From Zymomonas mobilis subsp. mobilis ATCC 10988 (lineage in GTDB: Bacteria; Pseudomonadota; Alphaproteobacteria; Sphingomonadales; Sphingomonadaceae): a stretch of 32,000 nt of DNA. Position 1 is the stretch's first letter. The number at the start of each line of letters is the position of its first letter. The DNA is taken from NCBI RefSeq assembly GCF_000175255.2, contig NC_017262.1, positions 180,001 to 212,000 on the forward strand, written 5' to 3'. Below, piece by piece: positions 9,029 to 17,655 of the stretch. Under the pieces are notes generated by a model that saw nothing but the letters and a program-made list of their open reading frames with translations, was not told the DNA's origin and did not search any database. A program made the translations under genes and the position numbers.

Positions 9029-9741
9029 TAGCTACCCTCCGATGCCAGCAAATCTTTACCACGCGTTCTTTCCGGCATTTGCTTGCCGGTAGCCGCAAAA
9101 TACACCATTTCCGCAATATTTGTGGCATGATCCCCAATGCGTTCCAGATTTTTGGCGATAAACATCAGGTGGATACAAGTGCTTATTCTGCCAGAATCTT
9201 CCATCATATAAGTCAAAAGGATACGGAATAAATTATTATATAACCCGTCAACTTCCATATCATATTCTGCGACATGCAATGCCTTTTTCGGATCTCTTGC
9301 CGCATAAGCATCCAACACATTGCGCACCATTTCCGAAACCATTTCTCCCATAACTGGCAACACCGGCACGGGATGGATCGAAACCATATTTTGCAATATC
9401 GGGACACGTTTAGCGATATTCTTGGCGTAATCAGCCATACGTTCAAGAATACCTGAAATCTTCATCGCAGCGATAACATCGCGCAGATCGTCAGCAAGAG
9501 GCGCTCGCAGAGAAATAATACGCATAGCCACACGTTCGGCTTCTATTTCCAGCGCATCAATTTCCTTGTCTTTTTCAACGATCTGGGCGGCCAATTCTTT
9601 ATTGCTATGGATCAAGGCTTCCAATGTCGAGGTTAAGGCAATTTCCGTCAGCCCTCCCATCTCGCAGATCAGAGCACGCAACCCGCCAAGGTCTTCATCA
9701 AAAGCTTTTACTGTATGACCGATTTCCGATGCTTTTTTCAT
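9028..9741 (-). CDS. phoU: phosphate signaling complex protein PhoU
   Basis: 237-aa ORF with two PhoU repeats, each ending in the E(R)xGDxAxNIA motif (LERMADYAKNIAK and LERIGDHATNIAE). The SD GAGGA is 5 nt from the ATG. Confidence 0.92.
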   Translation of the reverse strand: MKKASEIGHTVKAFDEDLGGLRALICEMGGLTEIALTSTLEALIHSNKELAAQIVEKDKEIDALEIEAERVAMRIISLRAPLADDLRDVIAAMKISGILERMADYAKNIAKRVPILQNMVSIHPVPVLPVMGEMVSEMVRNVLDAYAARDPKKALHVAEYDMEVDGLYNNLFRILLTYMMEDSGRISTCIHLMFIAKNLERIGDHATNIAEMVYFAATGKQMPERTRGKDLLASEGS

Positions 9742-9893
9742 ATTATCCTCAAGGCATTAAAACGCTTTAATCGAGATGATAACAGCGTTTTTCTTTTTTT
9801 TCCGCAGAGAAAGCACATAAACGATCAAAATTATCCTTATGATCCATTCTTGATTTTACTTTGTCTTTTGATGACTAAAAGTTTTTACCCCCT

Positions 9894-9937
9894 GTCAATG
9901 ACAGGAAAGTGACATATTTATTATGTTGTTGTGACAT
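9894..9937 (-). promoter_or_regulatory. tandem Pho boxes (PhoB binding sites) upstream of phoU-phoB
   Basis: The minus strand reads ATGTCAC-AACA / ACATAAT-AAAT / ATGTCAC-TTTC / CTGTCAT-TGAC, which is four 11-nt phased units. Three carry the xTGTCAx heptamer of the E. coli Pho box consensus CTGTCAT-N4. The site is about 150 nt upstream of the phoU start and 11 nt downstream of the phoR stop. Confidence 0.65.
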
Positions 9938-9947
9938 CAAGAATCCC

Positions 9948-11213
9948 TTATTCAGGGAAAAAATCGGTCGTTGGCAAGAAAACGGTTACCGTCGTCCCTT
10001 TACCGGGAAGACTGTCTATCAGTAATTCTCCGCGGTGATGCTCGACGATTTGTTTTACTATGGCTAACCCCAATCCTGTTCCCCCTAAAGCGCGACTGCG
10101 GCTGTTATCCACCCGATAGAAGCGTTCCGTTAGGCGTGGGATATGATGAAACGGAATACCATCGCCTTCATCTGCAATGGCTAATTTTATTCTATGATCG
10201 TCAGTATTATCGAGCGCGACTTTAATTATTCCATCTTTACGACCATATTTTAAGGCATTGCCGATAATATTATAAAGGAGCTGCGTTAACTCGGCGCGGT
10301 CACCCTGTAGGCTATCACTGGACAAATGATTTTTCAGTGTGATTTGGGCGGCTTTTGCCTGTCCCGATGCCTGAATATTAGACACGACCTCTTCAACCAC
10401 AGGCGACATATGAACAATATCATTGGGTAATGAAAATTTTCCGGCTTCAATCCGAGAAAGAGACATCAAGTCATCAACCAAATTTTGCATTCTTTTGGCT
10501 TCACGCGCCATGATAGACAAAAAATGATGACGCGTATCGCGCTCTTTAATGACATCATCATCTTCTAATGTCTCAATAAACCCGCTTAAAGTCGCGAGCG
10601 GTGTCCGTAATTCGTGACTAGTATTCGCAACAAAGTCTATTCTAACCTGTTCCGTTAAATGAGCCGTACTTTGATCGCGCAACAAAATGAGCCGTTGTTC
10701 TTCGTTCAAAGGATAAGCGTATAATTCCCAGCGACGATTAACGCCTCCCAATCCGGCAAGTAAAACAGGGGTCATATTATCGAGCGGCTCGGTTAAAAGA
10801 CGGATAGCAGCAGGATGGCGAATAGCCATTCTGATGTCGCCTCCTTCGATATGCATCCCTAACAAATTTTCAGCAGCACGATTAGCCACTTCAACTTGAC
10901 CCTGATTGACCAGTAAAGCTGGTTCATCCATAGCTATAATAATATCTGCCGCTGTCGCTTGAGAAAAAGGATAGGCCGGATCTGTAAGGCTATTTCCGCT
11001 TTTACTTTCAGGGAAGGGGGTAGACGCTTCGGAAATATTTTTAAACCACCATCCCCAAAGGATAACAATCAGCATAAGCGACAAGATCGGCCACCCGACA
11101 GAAACATGACTGACGGCAATAATAAATAGAGCCAGGATTGATAATCCGGATAGATAGACAGGGATAAATTTAATAACGCAGTCCTTTCTCAGCCTTGATT
11201 GGGGAAAAGTCAT
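9948..11213 (-). CDS. phoR: phosphate regulon sensor histidine kinase PhoR
   Basis: 421-aa ORF with two N-terminal TM segments, a PAS-like region, the H-box SHELRTPLATL, and HATPase motifs (GNALKYG, DEGDGI, GGTGLGLAIV). It neighbours phoU-phoB. Confidence 0.88.
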   Translation of the reverse strand: MTFPQSRLRKDCVIKFIPVYLSGLSILALFIIAVSHVSVGWPILSLMLIVILWGWWFKNISEASTPFPESKSGNSLTDPAYPFSQATAADIIIAMDEPALLVNQGQVEVANRAAENLLGMHIEGGDIRMAIRHPAAIRLLTEPLDNMTPVLLAGLGGVNRRWELYAYPLNEEQRLILLRDQSTAHLTEQVRIDFVANTSHELRTPLATLSGFIETLEDDDVIKERDTRHHFLSIMAREAKRMQNLVDDLMSLSRIEAGKFSLPNDIVHMSPVVEEVVSNIQASGQAKAAQITLKNHLSSDSLQGDRAELTQLLYNIIGNALKYGRKDGIIKVALDNTDDHRIKLAIADEGDGIPFHHIPRLTERFYRVDNSRSRALGGTGLGLAIVKQIVEHHRGELLIDSLPGKGTTVTVFLPTTDFFPE

Positions 11214-11416
11214 TATAAATGATATTTTTATTACAATTTTATGATAGTATCGGATTTTGTGTAAAAGATAGTTTTATCTCTTGTCGAAAATATTTTTATA
11301 CCGATAATCCCTTTGGTATTTTGAAATTCCTTATTAAAAATCAAGCTTCTGTCCTATCCGACGGATAACTGATTGTAGCCATTGTCAGAAGAGTAGGAGG
11401 CCTTTAAAAGGCAAGC

Positions 11417-12157
11417 ATGAATAAAGAGGAACAGCGCAAAAACAGCGCAGCACAATCTATCCGTTGGCATTTTCCTTCTATCCATCCAGAAGGTCGAAAA
11501 TTCTTTGTTATTGCGGTCATTATTTCCGCTATCATCACCTATTTTAGCTGGTTATGGATGGCATGGCCTTTGGGTGTTCTTTGTTTCTGTGTCGCCGCGT
11601 TTTTTCGTGATCCGATCAGAACAGTCCCAGAAGGCGATGGGCTTATTGTTTCCCCAGCCGATGGTATGGTTTGTCTGATTGCAGATGTGCCGCCGCCGCC
11701 TGAACTGGCTGGTGCAGATGGATTAGGTGATGCGCCCTTAACGCGCGTTTCTATCTTTATGAGCGTTTTTGATGTGCATATCAATCGCGCGCCGGTTCCA
11801 GGACGCATTGCCCGTATTGCCTATATTCCGGGTGCTTTTGTGAATGCCGATCTTGATAAAGCTAGCGAGAAGAATGAGCGGCAGCATTTCATGATCGAAA
11901 CGAAAGAAGGCATCAATGTTGGTCTGACGCAGATTGCCGGTTTGATTGCCCGTCGGATTGTACCTTTGACCAAGGTCGAAGACTATGTCGAACGGGGTGA
12001 GCGTATCGGGCTTATTCGTTTTGGCAGCCGCCTTGATGTCTATTTACCGGCAGGGGTAACGCCCCAAGTCGCTCTGGGACAGCGTTGCCTTGCGGGTGAA
12101 ACCATTCTGGGACAGATTGGATCACAAGCCAAGCCGCTGACGGGGAGGCGGTTATGA
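11417..12157 (+). CDS. psd: phosphatidylserine decarboxylase proenzyme (short alphaproteobacterial type)
   Basis: 246-aa ORF with the self-processing site context IRFGSRLDVYLP (G-S cleavage motif). It overlaps pssA by ATGA. Confidence 0.88.
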   Translation: MNKEEQRKNSAAQSIRWHFPSIHPEGRKFFVIAVIISAIITYFSWLWMAWPLGVLCFCVAAFFRDPIRTVPEGDGLIVSPADGMVCLIADVPPPPELAGADGLGDAPLTRVSIFMSVFDVHINRAPVPGRIARIAYIPGAFVNADLDKASEKNERQHFMIETKEGINVGLTQIAGLIARRIVPLTKVEDYVERGERIGLIRFGSRLDVYLPAGVTPQVALGQRCLAGETILGQIGSQAKPLTGRRL

Positions 12158-12954
12158 CCTTTCCTAAAACTCGCTCAAAAAACCGATACCAAAGCGAACG
12201 ACGCAGTATTCCTGTGCGGGCATTGATGCCTAATGCTATTACCACTCTGGCTTTATGTAGTGGATTAACCGCCATTCGTTATGCGGTATCCGGTGAATGG
12301 GAACATGCTATTTATGCTATTTTGGTAGCGGCTGTTCTCGATACCTTGGATGGTCGCGTTGCCCGTCTCTTAAAAGGGGCTACCCGTTTTGGGGCAGAAT
12401 TAGATTCCCTTTCTGACGCTATCGCTTTTGGGGTCGCCCCTGCGATTTTGGTTTATCTTTGGTCATTACAAAATTGGCCGCGTTGGGGCTGGTTATTTGC
12501 CCTTTCTCATGCGGTTTGTTGTGCGTTGCGATTGGCGAGATTTAACGTCAATATCGATTATCTCGATCAGCCTCACAAATCAGCCGGCTTTCTGACAGGG
12601 GTTCCGGCACCTGCTGGAGCTAATTTTTCAATGATGCCTTTATATGCTTGGTATGTCTCAGGATATGATCTGTTTCGTATGCCTTTATTAGTGGGTTTAT
12701 GGATCAGTTTATCGGCTTTCCTGATGATTGCCGATCTTCCCACATTTGGCTGGTCAGTGCTTCGAGTCCGCCCAAAATTGCGGTTGGGATTATTAGTTAT
12801 GGTTGCGGTCGGTGCAGCGGCTTTTATTAGTGCACCTTGGGCAGTCCTATCGGTTTTCAGTGTTATTTATACGGTGATGCTACCTTTTGGCATTCTAAGT
12901 TACAGCAAGATAATGAAATCCAAAGAAAAGACCATAGTCGCAGAAGACTCTTAA
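12154..12954 (+). CDS. pssA: CDP-diacylglycerol--serine O-phosphatidyltransferase (phosphatidylserine synthase)
   Basis: It carries the CDP-alcohol phosphatidyltransferase motif DGRVARLLKGATRFGAELDSLSD and is a polytopic membrane protein, translationally coupled to psd. Confidence 0.9.
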   Translation: MTFPKTRSKNRYQSERRSIPVRALMPNAITTLALCSGLTAIRYAVSGEWEHAIYAILVAAVLDTLDGRVARLLKGATRFGAELDSLSDAIAFGVAPAILVYLWSLQNWPRWGWLFALSHAVCCALRLARFNVNIDYLDQPHKSAGFLTGVPAPAGANFSMMPLYAWYVSGYDLFRMPLLVGLWISLSAFLMIADLPTFGWSVLRVRPKLRLGLLVMVAVGAAAFISAPWAVLSVFSVIYTVMLPFGILSYSKIMKSKEKTIVAEDS

Positions 12955-12979
12955 AATATTAATTTTGGCATAATTACGA

Positions 12980-13013
12980 AAAGGCTAGTGCAAATTATCC
13001 AACACTAGCCTTT
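12980..13013. terminator. perfect 11-bp hairpin between convergent pssA and the racemase-family gene (possible bidirectional terminator)
   Basis: aaaggctagtg (12980-12990) pairs with cactagccttt (13003-13013) around a 12-nt loop. The flanks are A-run / T-run, so either strand would carry a short U-stretch. Confidence 0.45.
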
Positions 13014-13108
13014 AAAAAATAGATAAAAACATTTTTATTTTGGTGTATTATATCAATAAAAATTGAATGTATTAGAAAATATAAAATACAGACCAGCACC
13101 ACTTAATC

Positions 13109-13807
13109 TTAATTTTGATCGCAAATTATATTTAATAAAGCATTTATATGAATTTCCATTGTGTCCAGTGATTTTATAGTGAATTCAGTATTTTTAAAAA
13201 GTAATGGCAATTCGGTGCATCCAAGAATGATAGCTTTAATGCCGTCACTATCCCGCATACGGCTGATGATAGAAATAAATTCCGAAAGAGTGTTTTGACT
13301 AAAAATTCCTTTTTCTAATTCGGAATCAATTTTGTTCGCAATATAATCAATCTCTTTAGGCTGCGGCGTTATAACGCTCATACCATTTGCAATCAGCGGT
13401 TTTTTGAAAAAATCCGCTTCCATTGTGAAGCGAGTTCCAAGTAAACCAACCTTCGTAATATTTTGACGTTTAACCTCGTCACAGGTCGCCTCGACGATAC
13501 TTATTAGCGGGACATCTGATTGTTTTTGTAAATCATCGAACACGATGTGGGGCGTGTTTCCAGTCAGTGCAATGACATCAGCGCCTGCCGCAATCAAGTT
13601 ATTGACACCGTGCATAAGATAGGTGGTAAGTTTAGTATAATCTTTGTCTTCACACAGCCTGAGTATATCGAAAACATTAAGACTCTCGACTGTTAAATTC
13701 GGATAAAATTGGCTGCCAATACGATTGTTGGCGCCATAGACTAACTTTTTGTAGTACAGAAGTGTAGATTCTGGACCAATTCCACCGATAAGACCAAGCT
13801 TTTTCAT
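13109..13807 (-). CDS. aspartate/glutamate racemase superfamily protein (YgeA-like)
   Basis: 232-aa ORF with N-terminus MKKLGLIGGIGPESTLLYY and the second catalytic motif ILGCTELPLL. The first catalytic motif reads ALTGNTPH, with Gly where canonical racemases have Cys. The gene is visibly more AT-rich than its neighbours. Confidence 0.8.
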   Translation of the reverse strand: MKKLGLIGGIGPESTLLYYKKLVYGANNRIGSQFYPNLTVESLNVFDILRLCEDKDYTKLTTYLMHGVNNLIAAGADVIALTGNTPHIVFDDLQKQSDVPLISIVEATCDEVKRQNITKVGLLGTRFTMEADFFKKPLIANGMSVITPQPKEIDYIANKIDSELEKGIFSQNTLSEFISIISRMRDSDGIKAIILGCTELPLLFKNTEFTIKSLDTMEIHINALLNIICDQN

Positions 13808-13847
13808 ATCTTATTTGCCAATCATACTCGTCATTATATGATTAGAT

Positions 13848-14072
13848 TTAGGCTAGATTATCAGGGATTTCAAACCAAGTGAAAAATCTTGGCCTTGGCT
13901 TTATAGAGGGCGTTTTCGGTGCCAATTTAATATTGATCGTAATCGCTTTATGAATTGGCGGAAAATAGAAAGACGAAATCCAACGCCCAATATAGCGAAT
14001 ATCTCGGATTAAACTTATTACGCTGGATAAAGCAGCAACGAACAATATCCCCCAAAAACAAAAAGTTATCAT
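13848..14072 (-). CDS. hypothetical small membrane protein (74 aa from the preferred start; longest ORF is 115 aa, extending to 14195)
   Basis: The internal ATG at 14072 is preceded by AAGAAGGGAAAG (SD-like) and begins with a TM helix, MITFCFWGILFVAALSSVISLI. The ATG at 14195 has no SD. I recognise no family. The gene is AT-rich. Confidence 0.4.
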   Translation of the reverse strand: MITFCFWGILFVAALSSVISLIRDIRYIGRWISSFYFPPIHKAITINIKLAPKTPSIKPRPRFFTWFEIPDNLA

Positions 14073-14449
14073 TGTCTTTCCCTTCTTAAAGACAGCATGA
14101 GATTTTAATTTAAGTTCTTGTTTTGTTCTATTTTTTCCTCCATCTTTGTTATCAGAACATAACGATTTTATCGCATCTAAAGCAAAATATGACATAGATG
14201 GCTGTAATCATTATGTCTTACCGCTCTTTTTGTTCTTCAAATGTTCTAATGTCAAGCGAGAACTAAAAACTGGCTAAATCGCGATAACTGATATAAAATA
14301 ACCGAAGCAGCTTATCCTGCTCTTGATTTTTAGGCGTATTATAGTTACTGCGCCCCATATCTCACACTCGGGGTTTTTGAACGACCGGTGCCTTTCGTCG
14401 ATCCGGAAGGTCACTTCCCCGAAGAGGTTTAACCGGAAGGAGAATAATT

Positions 14450-15202
14450 ATGGCGGTACCTACCGTTACTATGCAGTCATTGTTGGATGTTGGCGCCCAT
14501 TTTGGTCACCAGACCCATCGTTGGAACCCGAAAATGAAACCTTATATTTTCGGTGATCGCAACGGCATCCATATCATGGATCTGTCTCAGACTGTTCCTT
14601 TGTTCACCCGCGCCCTTGACTTCATCAGCCAGACGGTCGCTCACGGTGGTAAAGTTTTATTTGTAGGCACCAAGCGTCAGGCTCAGGAACCGATTGCTGA
14701 CGCAGCTCGTCGTTCTGGCCAGTTCTTTGTCAACCACCGTTGGTTGGGTGGTATGTTGACCAACTGGCGCACGATTTCTGGTTCCATCAAACGTTTGAAG
14801 AGCCTCGAAGAAAAGCTGTCCGGTGATACCGCTGGTTTCACCAAGAAAGAAATTCTTCAGCTGACCCGTGAACGCGACAAGCTCGAACTGTCTTTGGGCG
14901 GTATCCGCGATATGGGCACCATCCCCGACATCATGTTTGTCGTTGATGCCAATAAAGAAGAATTGGCTATCAAAGAAGCCAACACGCTGGGTATCCCGGT
15001 TGTTGCTATCCTCGATTCCAACGTCAGCCCCGATGGTATTGCTTTCCCGATTCCGGCCAATGATGATGCAGCCCGCGCTGTCCGTTATTATTGCGATGCG
15101 ATTGCTGAAGCGGCTACCCGTGGCGATCAGCAAAACCGTCAGGAACTGGGCGAAGATCTGGGCGCAGCTGTAGAACCAGCGGCTGAAGAAGCTTTAGCTT
15201 AA
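14450..15202 (+). CDS. rpsB: 30S ribosomal protein S2
   Basis: 250-aa [22 protein letters not shown] and the remainder of the protein are unmistakably S2. The SD GGAAGGAG is 7 nt upstream. Confidence 0.97.
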   Translation: MAVPTVTMQSLLDVGAHFGHQTHRWNPKMKPYIFGDRNGIHIMDLSQTVPLFTRALDFISQTVAHGGKVLFVGTKRQAQEPIADAARRSGQFFVNHRWLGGMLTNWRTISGSIKRLKSLEEKLSGDTAGFTKKEILQLTRERDKLELSLGGIRDMGTIPDIMFVVDANKEELAIKEANTLGIPVVAILDSNVSPDGIAFPIPANDDAARAVRYYCDAIAEAATRGDQQNRQELGEDLGAAVEPAAEEALA

Positions 15203-15259
15203 TATTGCGGTTTCATATCAGCGTTCTTTTTATCCGCGATATGAAACACTGATAATTTG

Positions 15260-15285
15260 GAGGCAGGGAAGACTTTCCCTGCCTC
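15260..15285 (+). terminator. perfect 11-bp stem-loop in the rpsB-tsf spacer (attenuator/processing-type hairpin, no U-tract)
   Basis: gaggcagggaa (15260-15270), loop gact, ttccctgcctc (15275-15285). A second hairpin lies upstream: gtttcatatc 15210-15219 pairs with gatatgaaac 15238-15247. Confidence 0.4.
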
Positions 15286-15309
15286 ATCCGTAACATAAAG
15301 AGGAAAACT

Positions 15310-16233
15310 ATGGCGGAGATTACCGCTGCAGCCGTGAAAGCTCTGCGTGAGCGCACTGGCGCAGGCATGATGGATTGTAAAAAAGCCCTCAACGAAGCCA
15401 ATGGCGAAATGGAAGCCGCTGTTGACTGGCTGCGTGCCAAAGGTTTGGCTGCCGCTGCGAAAAAATCAGGCCGTCAGGCTGCTGAAGGTCTCGTCGGTGT
15501 TATGATCGATGGTACCAAAGGTGCCGTTCTCGAAGTCAACAGTGAAACCGATTTCGTTGCCAAAAACGAAAAATTTCAGGACTTCGTCAAAGGTGTTACC
15601 GCTCTTGTTCTCGAACATGGCAGCGATATCGACACCCTTTCCAAGGCTCCACACCCAGCCGGTGGTTCCGTCAACGATGTTCTGACCGCCAATATCGCAA
15701 CGATCGGTGAAAATCAGGCTCTGCGTCGTGCGGCTCTTCTTGAAGTCGAAAACGGTGTTGTTGTTCCTTATATTCACAATCAGGTTGCACCAGGCGTTGG
15801 TAAAATCGGCGTTTTGGTTGCTCTCGAAAGTGAAGCTCCTAGCGATTTCCTCGAATCTTTGGGCAAGCAGATTGCTATGCATGTTGCCGCTGCTACCCCG
15901 TTAGCTTTGGATGAAGATTCTCTGGACGATGCTGCTGTTGAACGCGAACGCGCTATTGCACAGGAAAAAGCCGCAGAATCTGGTAAGCCCGCTGAAATCG
16001 TGACCCGCATGGTCGAAGGTGCTGTTGCGAAATATCGCAAAGAAAATGCCCTTCTCAGCCAGATCTTCGTTGTTGATGGAAAAACCCGCGTTTCCGATGT
16101 TGTCAGCAAGGCCGCTAAAGAAACCGGTAAGCCGATCACGCTGAAACAGTTTGTTCGCTTCCAGCTCGGTGAAGGCATCGAAAAGCAGGAAACTGACTTC
16201 GCTGCTGAAGTCGCTGCTGCTGCTGGCGTCTAA
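15310..16233 (+). CDS. tsf: translation elongation factor Ts
   Basis: 307-aa ORF. The N-terminal UBA-like segment [24 protein letters not shown] and the remainder of the protein are typical EF-Ts. Confidence 0.97.
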   Translation: MAEITAAAVKALRERTGAGMMDCKKALNEANGEMEAAVDWLRAKGLAAAAKKSGRQAAEGLVGVMIDGTKGAVLEVNSETDFVAKNEKFQDFVKGVTALVLEHGSDIDTLSKAPHPAGGSVNDVLTANIATIGENQALRRAALLEVENGVVVPYIHNQVAPGVGKIGVLVALESEAPSDFLESLGKQIAMHVAAATPLALDEDSLDDAAVERERAIAQEKAAESGKPAEIVTRMVEGAVAKYRKENALLSQIFVVDGKTRVSDVVSKAAKETGKPITLKQFVRFQLGEGIEKQETDFAAEVAAAAGV

Positions 16234-16249
16234 TTTTATTCGTCATCAA

Positions 16250-16289
16250 GGTCAACTTCTCTCAAAATAGGAGAAGTTGGCCTTTTTTA
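16250..16289 (+). terminator. rho-independent terminator of rpsB-tsf
   Basis: ggtcaacttctc (16250-16261) pairs with gagaagttggcc (16271-16282), 12 bp with one G-U. It is followed by tttttt. Confidence 0.8.
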
Positions 16290-16369
16290 TAATCCTTTAC
16301 TTGGCATAGCGATATTTACTGATAGAAGTAGAGCTTACCTTGTTTCGATAGTCACGAGAGGTATTGACG

Positions 16370-17098
16370 GTGTATAAACGCCCGCGCTTCAACCGTGTCC
16401 TGCTTAAATTGTCAGGCGAAGTGTTGATGGGTCCCGGCCAATTCGGGATTGATCCGGCGACTGTCGCCCGCGTTGCCGATGAAATTCGAGCTGCCCGCGA
16501 AGCCGGATACCAGCTATGCATTGTTGTCGGTGGAGGCAATATCTTTCGGGGATTAGCTGCAACCGCCCGAGGTATTGAACGCAGCAGTGCTGACTATATG
16601 GGTATGCTGGCAACCGTAATGAACGCGATTGCTGTCCAAAATGCGCTTGAAAATCTTGGCGTTGATACCCGTGTTCAATCCGCTATTCCGATGCCGACCG
16701 TTTGTGAGCCTTTTATCCGTCGGCGTGCCGAAAGGCATATGGAAAAGGGTCGGGTCGTTATTTTTGCAGCCGGTACGGGTAATCCCTTTTTTACCACTGA
16801 TAGCGGTGCGGCCTTGCGTGCAGCTGAAATGAAATGCGATGCCTTGTTTAAAGGCACTTCTGTTGATGGTGTCTATGATGCCGATCCCAAAAAGGTAAAA
16901 GAAGCCAGACGCTATGACTGCGTTTCTTTTAATCGTGTTCTTGCTGACGACTTGAAAGTTATGGATGCAAGCGCAACCGCTTTATGTCGCGATAACAATA
17001 TCCCGATCGTTGTTTTCAATATTCGGGAACAAGGCAATTTTAGCCGTGTTCTTAAGGGCGACGGTGTGTCAACGATAGTATGTAATGAGGAAGAATAA
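16370..17098 (+). CDS. pyrH: UMP kinase
   Basis: RVLLKLSGE...[10 protein letters not shown]...[20 protein letters not shown] are PyrH motifs. GTG 16370 sits 8 nt after the SD GAGAGG. The track start, TTG 16364, is only 2 nt after it. Confidence 0.93.
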   Translation: MYKRPRFNRVLLKLSGEVLMGPGQFGIDPATVARVADEIRAAREAGYQLCIVVGGGNIFRGLAATARGIERSSADYMGMLATVMNAIAVQNALENLGVDTRVQSAIPMPTVCEPFIRRRAERHMEKGRVVIFAAGTGNPFFTTDSGAALRAAEMKCDALFKGTSVDGVYDADPKKVKEARRYDCVSFNRVLADDLKVMDASATALCRDNNIPIVVFNIREQGNFSRVLKGDGVSTIVCNEEE

Positions 17099-17655
17099 TG
17101 GCTGCCTATAATAAAGCCGATCTGGAACGGCGTATGAAAGGCGCAGTGGAATCATTGAAGAGTGATTTCTCCGGTCTCAGAACAGGACGCGCCTCGACCA
17201 GTTTGCTCGATCCGGTTACCGTTGATGTTTACGGTGCCAATATGCCCCTTAATCAGGTGGCGACTGTTTCTGTCCCCGAACCCCGTATGATTACTGTTCA
17301 GGTCTGGGACAAAAGCAATGTCACGCCCGTGGATAAGGCCATCCGTTCAGCTGGTTTAGGTTTGAACCCTGTGGTTGATGGTCAGATGCTTCGTTTGCCT
17401 ATTCCTGATTTGACGGAAGAACGTCGTAAAGAGCTGGCAAAACTGGTCGGACAATATTCTGAAAAAGCACGTATTGCTGTCCGCAATGTTCGCCGCGATG
17501 GTAATGACCAGATCAAGCAGGATGAAAAGAAAAACGAAATCAGCGAAGACGAGAAGAAGCGCTTCGAAAATGAAGTGCAGAAACTGACGGATAAGACAAT
17601 CGCTGATATCGATGCGCTGGCTGTGCATAAAGAAAAGGAAATCCTTGGCAAGTGA
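17098..17655 (+). CDS. frr: ribosome recycling factor
   Basis: 185-aa [15 protein letters not shown]...[25 protein letters not shown] is typical RRF. Its TAATG overlaps the pyrH stop. Confidence 0.95.
   Translation: MAAYNKADLERRMKGAVESLKSDFSGLRTGRASTSLLDPVTVDVYGANMPLNQVATVSVPEPRMITVQVWDKSNVTPVDKAIRSAGLGLNPVVDGQMLRLPIPDLTEERRKELAKLVGQYSEKARIAVRNVRRDGNDQIKQDEKKNEISEDEKKRFENEVQKLTDKTIADIDALAVHKEKEILGK

Noticed and set aside
9715-9912. 65-aa plus-strand ORF in the phoU-phoR gap
   Set aside because: It overlaps the phoU start and the Pho boxes, has no SD, and is better explained as regulatory DNA.
11214-11416. Possible Pho box upstream of phoR / psd (CTGTCCT at about 11349, TTGTCAG at about 11383)
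   Set aside because: These are isolated heptamer-like matches without an 11-nt phased partner, so they are not convincing.
13079-14300. 10-nt direct repeat ATATAAAATA at 13079-13088 and 14291-14300, bracketing the AT-rich insert (possible target-site duplication)
   Set aside because: An all-A/T 10-mer is easily matched by chance in such AT-rich flanks. A near-identical string also occurs at about 28670 in the unrelated trxB-ilvC spacer. It is not evidence of an insertion event on its own.
14657-15133. 158-aa minus-strand ORF (and 14857-15060, 14868-15173)
   Set aside because: These are shadow ORFs inside rpsB, which is certain. There is no independent support.
15466-16178. 138-aa and 132-aa minus-strand ORFs
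   Set aside because: They are antisense to tsf and are a shadow-frame artefact.
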